Shown piece after piece: positions 1-10,785 of a stretch of 64,000 bases of DNA. The position numbers and the translations under genes were made by a program. Source of the stretch: Epithemia pelagica (lineage: Eukaryota > Protista > Bacillariophyta); the NCBI GenBank assembly GCA_946965045.2, contig OX337238.1, positions 1 to 64,000 on the forward strand, written 5' to 3'. The notes under the pieces were generated by a model. It searched no databases. It had not been told where the DNA came from and saw nothing but the letters and a program-made list of their open reading frames with translations. Position 1 is the first letter of the stretch. Each line of letters begins with the position of its first letter.

Positions 1-557
1 ACCCTAACCCTAACCTAACCCTAACCCTAACCCTAACCCTAACCCTAACCCTAACCCTAACCCTAACCCTAACCCTAACCCTAACCCTAACCCTAACCCT
101 AACCCTAACCCTAACCCTAACCCTAACCCTAACCCTAACCCTAACCCTAACCCTAACCCTAACCCTAACCCTAACCCTAACCCTAACCCTAACCCTAACC
201 CTAACCCTAACCCTAACCCTAACCCTAACCCTAACCCTAACCCTAACCCTAACCCTAACCCTAACCCTAACCCTAACCCTAACCCTAACCCTAACCCTAA
301 CCCTAACCCTAACCCTAACCCTAACCCTAACCCTAACCCTAACCCTAACCCTAACCCTAACCCTAACCCTAACCCTAACCCTAACCCTAACCCTAACCCT
401 AACCCTAACCCTAACCCTAACCCTAACCCTAACCCTAACCCTAACCCTAACCCTAACCCTAACCCTAACCCTAACCCTAACCCTAACCCTAACCCTAACC
501 CTAACCCTAACCAAACCCTAACCCTAACCCTAACCCTAATAACCCTAACCCTAACCT
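1..557 (+). repeat. Telomeric array (CCCTAA)n, i.e. TTAGGG on the minus strand; left chromosome end
   Basis: Near-perfect CCCTAA tandem from base 1; variant units (CCTAA near 13, CCAAA at 511, CCCTAATAA near 534-543) before unique sequence starts at about 558. Confidence 0.99.
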
Positions 558-704
558 CATTCCTCCACCATTGCAGAGTCTTATTTTTTTCATGGGCCTT
601 CTCCTTGAAGGAGATGGGGTCCCCGGCCCAACGGTAGAAATGGGAGCCATTGTCAACAAGAGTCTTTTCGATGTGACGGTTCACAAAAGAAATCAGGTAC
701 AACG

Positions 705-824
705 CAAGGTCATTCACTCACTATCTTCATGTGAAAGAGGCCCTAAGCAAGGTCATTCACTACAAAATCTGGCAACGAATGAGGCCCTTAGCACTAGAAA
801 GTCTGGCTGTGAAAAAGGCCCTAA
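705..824 (+). repeat. Subterminal repeat units GGTCATTCAC...GGCCCT(A/T)A
   Basis: GGTCATTCAC at 708 and 751; GGCCCTAA/GGCCCTTA three times; a related unit at 7632-7664. Confidence 0.8.
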
Positions 825-952
825 GGATTATCATTGAGACAAAACTCCTTTAGCGTTAGTCCCTGTCCTTGTTGTCATGTTACAATGGTCATATTGAATA
901 TAATCGCGCGGGAGAAAAATGGCGCACCAGAGCCCGGCTAAATTGGTTTTGG

Positions 953-1059
953 AGCTCAAGTGCAAAGTGGCATATCAAAACCAAAGCTCAAGTGCAAAAA
1001 GGGCCATACGTAGCTGTACCTATGGGAGCTCATATGCAAAATATGCAGCTCAAGTGCAA
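953..1059 (+). repeat. Three copies of AGCTCAAGTGCAA (probable transposon subterminal motif)
   Basis: Exact 13-mer at 953, 985 and 1047; degenerate copy near 1025. Confidence 0.75.
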
Positions 1060-1117
1060 CCTGTAGAAAGCTACGGGCTCTGGTACAAAAACTAGAATCT
1101 AGACCTAAATTTCCATA

Positions 1118-1174
1118 GGTTTACTATGGAGAGTTAATGTAGGTTTGCAAATCGACCTTCTTGTGGTCGAAATC
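1118..1174 (+). repeat. 57-bp exact direct repeat (second copy 7713-7769)
   Basis: GGTTTACTATGGAGAG...GGTCGAAATC is identical at both positions, on either side of the two transposon genes. Confidence 0.95.
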
Positions 1175-1519
1175 AATACCAGCAAACGCCTATAACGGTT
1201 TTTACCAAACACGTGCCCTGAGCCCCTTTTTCCCTTGCCAGCCCATTAGCAATACCACCCGGCGCGCTTAATACCAAAACCTCTCGACATTCCATGGATT
1301 AAACTCGAATTAAATAAAAAGTCATACCGACATCTCACCATCAATCAAATTCCTTCGTCATTTTCTTCCAATCTGGACTATTCGGAACCCCTCTCCCTCC
1401 AATCCACCGAGAACGACAACAAGCCAATGGATAGCAGCAGACAAATGACAACATCAAATCCAAGTCCATATCTCTCGCCAGCCTCCATTGAGCTACCAGA
1501 TTGATTTGTATCACGAACG

Positions 1520-3040
1520 ATGGCTTTTCGATACCCTCCTGATGTCAACGCTCCTCCTATATACGTCAAGAATATAGATGACCATCTACGTATTGGGAGT
1601 TTTGTTCACATCAAATTAAAAGGACAAAACGATGGAACGACGACCATTGCACGAATTCATTCCACCTTTGGAGCCACCGGCATCAGGTTTGTCATTTACC
1701 CGCCTCTATTTCCCTCAAAGAAACAACAACATCACACTCACCCTATTTTACCAAAGCACAATTTCCCCAAGATCCTTCTTGACATCGGTTCCCGAAATCA
1801 GGAATTGTACGAGTCTGAGGCTGAATACGACGTCGCCACGAACGCTGAATCCATCATTCTGTACCCTGCTTTCGTCTTTTCTCTTGAAGAATTCAAGCAA
1901 CCCAAAAACTCTTGGGCCCATGGTCTCAAAAATGTCTTTTTTGTTCGATTTCGGTGCCCTCAAGAACCGTCCACTGTTTCTGGAGATTCTAGACACCCTC
2001 AGCTGGTCCCCCTCAAGGCCTTTGACCAGAATCTTTGCTTCCCCAACGAGCACCTCAAAAGAGTTGTATCTGACGAAGCCATCCGTCCACCCAGATGTTT
2101 CCATCAATCAGCCTTTGTTGGGCTGTTTGTCATTCGGAGGAGTATCACCAAGATCCTTAACAAAAGCAGTGGACAAGCCGAAGAAGAAGAAGTTGTTGGT
2201 GTGCAAATAGGCTTAGTTCCAACCGAGACATGGACTTACATAGTCCATATGTCTCGGTCCGAGAACATCAAAGCCCATCTCACGAAGGGTAGCGCCTCGT
2301 ACCTCGATGTCGATCCGGATTTTACGCGTAGGAAGGTAAAAATCCAATACCCGACAGCTATAATCCGTTTCCAAAGCTCTTCCGAGCTGGCGTTTCTACG
2401 TGGTCTACTTGGTTTCTGTTCAACATACGGCTCTATAGAACGCAAACCTACACTCAAGGATGGTCCCCGTGGTTTGCCGCTCAAGCGCGAACACCGATTA
2501 ACACTGGTCAATGGAACTTCCGATGAAGAATGTGATCGAGATGCGCCCTTCAAGATCCGATCACGTAACCAACGAGTGGACTTATGTTGGTCAAATTTCC
2601 ACTTCAAGATCATTGTTGGCTACCAACAGTATCATTATTCTGTAAACCGTAGTGGGCAATTGAAGAATCCTCCGCCATCCGACCATATGACATCCGTACT
2701 CTCACCACCCCAACAGAACAAGGCCAAGGACACCTCTTCCTCTTCCAAGAATGATTCTCCTGATACCTTTAATAAGATCCTTCAGGCTAGCGACAGCAGT
2801 GATGATTCAGACCCCAAGGATCCATCAGAATTCCCAGATCTACACCTTGGAGATCAATTTACTGACAAGGACAATGTCTACGAAGTGATCTCCATCCAAA
2901 TCAAGACAGAGGAACCCTTTGTTCTTGCCCGTGTAGTTGCTGGAGATCTATTTGATCATTCACTCCCTCTGAAAAAGCAATATGTTCGCAAGTGGTGGGA
3001 CCTTGACGAAGTTTTCATGCTTGTACAAGATTTTAACTAA
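1520..3040 (+). CDS. 506-aa transposon accessory protein with N-terminal BAH-like domain
   Basis: LRIGSFVHI..TTIARI..IRFVIYPP..QELYESEAEYDV..IILYPAFVF..NVFFV follows the order of BAH consensus blocks (VGDxV, YIARI, VxWF, ELFxS, IxGKCxV, FFC). Uninterrupted ORF; stop codon 40 bp from the transposase stop. Confidence 0.7.
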   Translation: MAFRYPPDVNAPPIYVKNIDDHLRIGSFVHIKLKGQNDGTTTIARIHSTFGATGIRFVIYPPLFPSKKQQHHTHPILPKHNFPKILLDIGSRNQELYESEAEYDVATNAESIILYPAFVFSLEEFKQPKNSWAHGLKNVFFVRFRCPQEPSTVSGDSRHPQLVPLKAFDQNLCFPNEHLKRVVSDEAIRPPRCFHQSAFVGLFVIRRSITKILNKSSGQAEEEEVVGVQIGLVPTETWTYIVHMSRSENIKAHLTKGSASYLDVDPDFTRRKVKIQYPTAIIRFQSSSELAFLRGLLGFCSTYGSIERKPTLKDGPRGLPLKREHRLTLVNGTSDEECDRDAPFKIRSRNQRVDLCWSNFHFKIIVGYQQYHYSVNRSGQLKNPPPSDHMTSVLSPPQQNKAKDTSSSSKNDSPDTFNKILQASDSSDDSDPKDPSEFPDLHLGDQFTDKDNVYEVISIQIKTEEPFVLARVVAGDLFDHSLPLKKQYVRKWWDLDEVFMLVQDFN

Positions 3041-3080
3041 GAACCATTCATTCACAACCAATACAACTATTGTAGTATAA

Positions 3081-6000
3081 TTATTCTCTATCCGAATTCT
3101 CTTGTTCTTCATTATCAGAATGCACGAATTCATCATCCAAGTCCTCACTTAGCTCATCTTCGCTCTCAGGTTCCCAATCACTGTCACTGAAATCAGATCC
3201 CCAATCAGGGTCGTCTCCGTCTTCATTTGTTGATTCGCATTCGTCCCCACTGTCTTGTAACATGTCCAGGAGGCCGTCCCAACTATCAATGACTTCGGCA
3301 TCAGGCTCTTCTGTTTCTTTCCCCACATCCCAATCGTTCTCCAGCAATCCATGTTCTGACTGTGGTCCTAGTTTGCTCACTTCGTTGATTGGTTTTCCGT
3401 ATTGGATTGTCCCTCCATTCTCCTTCACCCATACATCAAATACCTCCACCTCGTCACTGCCTCGAGTCGCATACGACTCCCTGATTTGTTCGTCTGTTGT
3501 TCCGGTCATGAAGACCATACGCCGCTGCAACCATCGGGCAATCGATCTAAGGCGACTAGTAGATGATTTGCCTGCGTTAACAGCTCCTCCCCTTTGGGTT
3601 CTGTTGAAATAAAATGACTTAAACAAGTGATTAAACGCTGACCAAGCAACAACAACTTGAGAGGACGCCATGAACTCAGACAGTCACATCGCAGTCAATT
3701 AACTCACCTTCCCATCCCTGTTGGGAATGGGCCCATAAGTTTCTCCATCTATTAAGATATTCCATCAAGTGACCGCTACCCAACATGTGAGCGTAGTTTG
3801 TCACCCCCTCCTCACCATGTAGTGTGAGCCAGTCCCTAAAGAAGTAATCTACTTGTCTTTGGAACGAGAAGATTTCCCTCTGTTTCATGTCATGGCGCAC
3901 ATTGACCTTCTTCAGGGCAGAGCGGTAGTGCCCGATACAACGCTGCCACAACTCTCGTTTCGTCTCATCCAACACACAACACCCAAGGAGAACCTCGAAC
4001 TTCGTGACAACCTTCCTGATTCGGACGTTGTCCATGCAAATGGTTGCCACCTTCTTTTTCTTTTCGTCAAAGGGCATTTTCCAGTGAGAGGGGAGGAGCT
4101 CAGTCCCGAGTACATTCTCGCTCATAAGTCTATTGACTTCTCGTAGATAAGCCTGTATTCGCTTGTCTTGAGTGTCACACTGCTTTGTCATCCATGGGAA
4201 AGGTTCAGCACTTTTGGCGTTCTTGACAGCAGTAAGCCCTGTCTTTAGTACTAGCGTCAAAATCTTAAGACCCATCCGATTCTCAAGGTGTAATAAACAT
4301 GGAATTGAGTCTAGCATTAGCACCATTGCTGTACGCTTTCGAGATGTCTTGGCATCTTGTAGACTCTCATATGCCCTCCTGTACGACCATTCACGTTTAT
4401 GCTGTTGCTTCAAGCGTATCTGCCTCTCCTCCAGACGACCTGTTCCGGGGAGACGTCTGATCCTCAGATCATGAGTGACTGAACGAGAATACTGCAAGCG
4501 TTGCTCCTGAGTTGCAACGGAAAGATCAAAATGGATGGATCTTAAACTGGATTTTTCAGCACTTGTCGGAGCGACACGTGGATCGTTCTCCACATGTATT
4601 TCGGACGTTTCGCGTAACACCGATAAATCTGAACCGAGTTGGGGCATGGTCTTCTTGAATTTGTCTACTTCCTCCTGAAGTTCGGCTAAGTTCTCTTCTG
4701 TACACATACTTGTATGGTGGCATTTCCATTCGGGGTCAAGATCGTGGCCCAACTGGATACATACCTTACATTTTGTATGGTCAGTATTTGTTGGCAAGTG
4801 TAGGTTCCCACTGCGTATGGTACATTTTGCACAAGGGAACGTGCATACCTTTGTCGCTCCACCCCTACCCATCAATTTCCAGTCACACGACATATCACAA
4901 TTGGTTGTGCATGTCACCTTGTGTATGCCGAATTTGTTGGGCAGGACTGTCGTGCAGGCCTTCTGTATCTCCTTAAACATAGGCTCAAATGTATCTTCAA
5001 CAACCCCAAGACTTTCCGGCATTGCTACACATGTTATGGGAAAAACAGCATTTCTCGACTGCTGGTAAGGGTTACTTGGGTCGTTGAACTTGACCCCACC
5101 CAGTGTGTGGGAGAGGTTCTTGGTGAAAAGAGCCCCATCTAAGCTCTGCGATATCTTACAAGAACGGTACAATGCCTCTGTATCAAGAATTTTCCCCGAG
5201 CGTAGCAGGTTGGTGATAACATCTGCTGCGCGGAAGGAGAAACCCTCACTACCGTTTTTCTTGTTCTTTATCATAACAAATGGACAAAGGGTGCGTCCGT
5301 AAGCTTCCGTCATTGCGGCATATTCCTGAATGGAGCTTGAAGAGGGTATCAGTGTACGTTGGTTCGGAGTTCCATCTGTCTCCACATGTCGGAGCAACTC
5401 CAGGCCATGATAATTCAGTACCCCTCCATGTTCGTCCATTGTCTTGAGTATCTTGTACGGCGTGAAAACGTAGTCCCTTACGTACTGCCGGAAGGTATTG
5501 TAAGCACACTGTTTCAGTTGCCCTCCGTGTATGTTCTCGTCTAGCATGAGTAATGCCAGTTCGTTGAAGAAATGCTTCGAGGACTGGCTGGTACTACCTA
5601 AAGTTTTGGTTTTCTCGAGGATCAGACTCTTAATGTGGTCCACTAGTATATCTCCATTTGCGTCGGGAAAGCATGACTTGGGTAGGCCTTTGTCTTTGTC
5701 TTGGAGCTCTTGAATCTGCTTTCGAGCGGCATCCAACTCGTTTGTTGCATACCTGTGTTGCCTATTCTTTTGGTCGATGTCTGCCGACAACTTTTTGTTT
5801 CGATCTTTTGCTAAGAACAACTGACGTTGCAACACTTTGACTTCTTGTTGCAGTGCAATGATTGTATCACTGTCATTTGTGGAGGAGGCTTTGGGAATTC
5901 TTGATTCTACTGGGTGACTGGGTTCGTCACGAGTTGCTGTTGATGGTGGTGGAGATTGATTCGTATGATCCTGAGTACTGGTATTGCTAGAGGATCCATC

Positions 6001-6903
6001 TGTTGGGAGTGTTTGGGTGTTTGCACTTCTACTGCCTTGATTCTTGACTGTGATTGGGGACGAGGCTTGTGTCACTTGAATTGTCTTGGTGAAAACATTC
6101 ACTTCCTCGTGGTTCTTTGCGTCTTCCAGCGTGTCATCGAGAACTCTATTGTTCTTCTCCTCTTCATCTTCGTCTTCAGACATGTAAATATGGTCTGCAA
6201 TGAGCTCGGGTTCATAACGCGTCGACGGTTTGACATTCGGAAAGGCTTTTGCATGTTCATCAATTATGCTATTGAAAGTCCGATTTGGACTGTTCCTTGA
6301 TGGTGTGTTTTGCCGTTGCTTGGCAGGTTGAAGGCGGCGTCTTCTTCTCCTCTTCTTTTTCTGGTACTTGGGCGGGGGTGGAACCACCGTGCGAATGTCC
6401 ATGGGTTCGAGAAGGTTAGTGTGTTTTGCAATGCAAGTGAATGGTCCTCTGTGTCGTTTTCGATTCAACTTGCGATTGGGTTCGGATCGTTCTATGTCGT
6501 CTGCTCTTTTACATTGTCCACAGAAAAAAAACTCAATACCATACTCCTTTTGTCTTTCTATGCCGAACACAGAGCAGGGTTTGTATTTTCGATTGGCAAA
6601 CTGACGCGCAATACGAGACACTCGGTTGAGTTCTACCACGGAGTCTTCAATGGTTGTCTCGAGGTTTTGTCTTGTGGAACGTGTCCGTTTATTTGGAGAA
6701 GCAGCGGTCATGGGAGGGGGTTCTAGCAGACGCTTTGTCTTGGCAGATCTTGTGATTGCTTTTTGCTTTGTTATAATCACTGGTTGAATGGTCGAAGGTA
6801 AACACGGTTGGCAGATGTGGTTTTCATTCGGTGGGGTGGGAGGAGGCTTTCTCTGACCTCCTCGCTTGCTACGAGAACGGGTTGTGGGCATGGTGGAATC
6901 CAA
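3081..6903 (-). CDS. RAG1/Transib/CMC-like DDE transposase, 2 exons (6903-3708, 3637-3081), about 1250 aa
   Basis: SLDGA (D1), NCDMS (D2), CAKC, CLLH, YAHMLGSGH, SQQGWE. A GTGAGT..CAG intron at 3707-3638 joins in frame to give SQQGWEAFNHLFKSFYFNRTQRGG. N-terminal CxxC/CxxxH, basic NLS, coiled coil, acidic tail. Confidence 0.88.
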
Positions 6904-7489
6904 CTATAGTGTGAGGGGATGATGGTGTGATATAGATGCGAGTATGCAAATGATAAAAACAGATTCATCCAAAAGCATTGATGAAGGAGGACGTCCTCAT
7001 CAGGCATCGTTTGGTACTTCGTTCACTTTGGAAAGGAGAGGAAAGGAGACTAAAGTGCGAGCGTTGGTGAAAAACTGTACAGAGGTTAATAGCAGTGTTA
7101 GCGCGCCGAGCGAGTCGATGTGCGTGACCTATTTTGTGAACGACAATTTTTAGGGATGATAATGGGTCTCTGTCGATAAGTGCATTTGTGTGGGCATTAT
7201 GGATCCGGTAGCTCGAGACTAAGCATTGGCAACTCTTCTTGGATAGTCAACGGATGGGTGTCGACTCTTGGGCACGAGCCAACGGATGTATTGGATGCGT
7301 TGGAACCGATGCAATCCTATGTATTTGTTAGATTTCAGAAATTTGCTTCCGACAGGATCGGTGAGGATATTTTATTTAACAAAGGGGTTTCTCACAGTTT
7401 TTCCTATAGTGGATCCCCAGGTTTCTGAGGGAGGAACGCAGGTAATGAGGTGGGCTGGCGATGGCGGTTATGAGCGTTTGCTCGTATTG

Positions 7490-7911
7490 TCGACCTTTTT
7501 GTGGTCGCACTAAAATTTCGCACGCAACAATACAGTGATTCAAAATTGACCTTTTTGTGGTCGCGCATGTTATTCTACAGAATGAACTTAGTGCGCACGA
7601 CGAAAAGGTCGATTTCTAGCAAAACCCTTAGGGTCATTCACCTCAAAAACTGAAAAGGCCCTAACACCAGAGATCATTCACCTCAAAATCTTTGAGCGAC
7701 AAGAAGGAATATGGTTTACTATGGAGAGTTAATGTAGGTTTGCAAATCGACCTTCTTGTGGTCGAAATCGACCTTTTTGTGGTCGCACTAAAATTTCGCC
7801 CGCAACAATACAGTGATTCAAAATTGACCTTTTTGTGGTCGCGCATGTGATTCTACAGAATGAACTTAGTGCGCACGACAAAAAGGTCGATTTCTAGCAA
7901 AACCCTTAGGG
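7490..7911 (+). repeat. 144-bp direct repeat pair (7490-7633, 7768-7911) rich in CGACC-N7-GGTCG
   Basis: Three mismatches between copies; both end in GCAAAACCCTTAGGG. Confidence 0.92.
7631..7905. mobile_element. 275-bp non-autonomous derivative of E1 (E2)
   Basis: GGG...CCC, flanked by TTA on both sides; built from E1 left-arm motifs, the 57-bp block and the E1 right-end block. Confidence 0.55.
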
Positions 7912-8150
7912 CCAAATGACCTTGGCAGTCCCAAGGGAAAGGCAATAATGACTACTATAGGTTTTGATTGTACATTGTGCAATGAGGGGCTGTATGAAGG
8001 TGGGATGAGGGGCTGTGCGAAGGTGGGACAGGGCACTTCTGCATTGGGACAGAGGGCTGCTCTGCAGTGGGACAGGGCACTTCTGCAGTGGGACAGAGGG
8101 TGGTTCTGCACTGGGACAAGTGGGATGGGGGCTGCTCTGCAGTGGGACGC
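7909..8150 (+). repeat. Duplicated block beginning GGGCCAAATGACC plus G-rich minisatellite (copy 1)
   Basis: 7909-8030 matches 8784-8930; GAGGGGCTGTGCGAAGGTGGGAT and CTGCAGTGGGACAG units. Confidence 0.85.
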
Positions 8151-8783
8151 TAGAGTCTACGAAGGCCTACGGACAGGCACTTTCTCCTTAGGTACGTTTT
8201 CGTCCGTCATGGATGGGCACACCCAGAAAGAAAGCACTAGAGAAATCAGTAACACCTTTTCTGCGACAACTTAACACTATTTTTATTGCGAGGAAAAGTC
8301 GGCCGGGAATGCCGAGGTGACTGTTGTTACTTTCCTACTAGCAAAGGATTGGCGTCAAGCCACATCAATAATATAGTTCCTGAGTTTCATGAATTCATTA
8401 CAACTAGATATAGCATGCTTAAACATCAATCGCATAATCACACGGTGGCCATATATGGGGAACAATCCGAGGAGTCACTTAAAACCTTCTCATTTTAGGT
8501 ACGTTCATAAACAGCAACGAGATCCTCCAATCCCGCAGCAACAACAGTTTGTTCAAATGCCTTGACAAGGACGATGTCAAACAACCAATTGGCACTTTAT
8601 AGACCCAACAAAAAATCCCAAAATGAGACACCCTGATGCCATGCTGATTGTCAAAGGCATAGCCAGTCAATGGGTCAAACAAAGTGGACGAATCTGACAT
8701 GGTTGATGGAGGAAATGAGCAACGGGGGGAGGATGAGGCCGATCCAAAATAGAAAAGTCTTTGGGTATAATAGAAATTCTATG

Positions 8784-8955
8784 GGCCAAATGACCTTGGC
8801 AGTCCCAAGGGAAAGGCAATAATAACTACTATAGGTTTTGATTGTACCTTGTGCAATGAGGGGCTGTGCGAAGGTGGGATGAGGGGCTGTGCGAAGGTGG
8901 GATGAGGGATGAGGGCTGTGCGAAGGTGGGTATAGTGGGAGGGGAGGGTGGGAAG
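8784..8955 (+). repeat. Duplicated block plus G-rich minisatellite (copy 2)
   Basis: Same start as 7909; about 3 GAGGG(G)CTGTGCGAAGGTGGG units; GGGAGGGGAGGGTGGG at 8937-8952. Confidence 0.85.
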
Positions 8956-9269
8956 CCAGGATCTACAGAGCTCTACGTAGCAAACCTAATATATCCTTAG
9001 GGTTGTGGCAATCACACAGATGCTGATGGACCATGGTAACATAATCCAATCGGGGTAGAAAATTCTTCTGGGTCGGAATACGTGTTGCTCAATGTCGACA
9101 ACGTCCGTCCAGCCCGTGATCGACTGGGAGTCGTTTCGGGACCTGAAGACGGTGCCACCTGTGTCAATCCAGTAGCCACGCCCTAATGGTTCCTTCGGTT
9201 CCAAGTTCACCACCAGTGACGTTGGTGATGCACTTCAAGTCGAAGGAACCATACGAACGTTGTGCTGAA

Positions 9270-9830
9270 CTACGAAAAGCATTGGATATTGCTACGAAAG
9301 AACATCACCGGCAGGTCATCGGCCGAAAATCTGTAGGGCAAGTCCAGAACGGTTCCAGTCACACCTGCCTTGATAAGAATGACGAGAATTTTCAGAATGT
9401 CATCGTCGACAGTTTGTCCAGCTTGTCGAAAATCGACTGGAATCAGCGTTTCGTCGTACCCATCTTCTTTGTCACCCGACGTGTCGCGACCCCGACCTCC
9501 GTGATCAGAATAGTGAATGAACACCACATCTCCTGCTTTGCTATACTCGGCGATTTTCCTGAAAGCTTCCACAATGTTCTTCTTGGTTGGACTGTGATGA
9601 CGACCATCGTCCATCAAGATAAGCATTTCGGATTCCTTGAATCCCTTCTTTTCGACCAAGATTTTTTGATGTTGCCCACATCTGAAGGTTTGTCCCAGTT
9701 ACAATACAACAGGAAACGAGATGTCCATGAGAAGCGACTTTTGCGTACCATTATGGCAACCAGAAAGCTGTCCTTGTTGTCCAACAAAGTTGATGCCAAT
9801 CAACAAGGCCCTCTTGCGCCCTTGCCCTTG
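9270..9830 (-). pseudogene. Metacaspase pseudogene
   Basis: [20 protein letters not shown], intron 9748-9682, [17 protein letters not shown] (normally HYSGHG), [21 protein letters not shown]. There is a 1-nt frameshift after NIKK, and the catalytic DxCHSG segment is deleted. Confidence 0.88.
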
Positions 9831-9895
9831 TTAGAGATCCTTGAGGAAGAAGAGGTATAGTGTTCCGACCGACACTGGGATACAGTCGCGGACCG

Positions 9896-10742
9896 CAAGT
9901 TCCAATTCATATAGCCTTACACATTCCCGGATGGATTCCGAATCGATGGAGAGAAACGGCCTCGGTTCGACACAAGTTGTCGCAACGGTTCTTGACCTTG
10001 CAGTGTGTTGCCGAATCCATTCCAGAGGCCTACCAAACCATTTTATGTACAGGATGCTGGTAAAAGAACAACTCCAAGAGACGGCAGAGATGGGGACAAT
10101 CATGGACGCTACAAAGGCCATCTCCTCCAGGAGGAAGAATGAGTCGCTTTACTTGTTGGTCATGAAAATGTCCCAAACTAGTAGTATCGTCTTTCTATTC
10201 ATTCGTTCCCTGTACCAAATGGCAGTCGCGATGCTCTTCCTGTCCCAACAATAGTTGTAGTAGTGGTCACTCGTGTGTGTGTTTTGTGATCTTCATCACT
10301 TTGTCTGCTCTTTGTGATAGCCATAAGTTTTGCACCGGAAAACGAGAATCCGCCAGTCCACCTGCTCGAGCTCGTTCACCAAGAACATTGAGTACATTGA
10401 AAGTACATGGAATGGTGGACAGACCCAACCATGCTCTGTTATCCAAAGACTGCACCTCCCGATTCCAAGCCACGAATGCTTCTGGTCATGATCCGTGCTC
10501 GGAAGGAGAGGAATTTTTAACCAGGAAATGACACGTTCGTTCGGCATTACTCGTTTCTGTATTCAAAGACACCACTCGAGTATCGATCGCCAAACACACA
10601 GTATTAGATGCCATCCATACCCTGTGCCTCGGCATCATCGGTCAAAGTCATTGTAGAAAACAAATTCTCTTCGTGTCGCGACAGAAATGTTTGGTTGTTG
10701 CCACAAGGTGTTGGCGTTGTTGCAGTAGCATCCGATTCCTGT
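9896..10742 (-). pseudogene. Truncated copy of an unknown gene (repeat copy R1; R2 = 11808-12745)
   Basis: Diverged direct repeat with indels; shared peptide LKIPLL.STDHDQ.H.WL.IGR..SMYSMFLVNELE; stops and frameshifts. Confidence 0.65.
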
Positions 10743-10785
10743 GTGGTTCCTTAGCAAAAGACCTTTCTTTTATTATATTCCAAGT

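Larger units (their letters stand above)
705..7627. mobile_element. Two-gene RAG1/Transib/CMC-like DNA transposon (element E1); left end not resolved
   Basis: Intact DDE transposase plus a convergent second gene, flanked by shared subterminal motifs; right end placed at ...GCAAAACCC followed by TTA. The termini are inferred. Confidence 0.7.

Noticed and set aside
10-717. 235-aa poly-(GL) ORF
   Set aside because: It is the translation of the telomere repeat.
705-824. CRISPR-like repeat-spacer array
   Set aside because: Only 2-3 degenerate units, eukaryotic chromosome, no cas genes.
705-7911. Ngaro/DIRS-type split direct repeats (A..B-A-B pattern)
   Set aside because: No reverse transcriptase, RNase H or tyrosine recombinase motifs; the enclosed enzyme is a DDE transposase, and a tandem deletion derivative explains the pattern.
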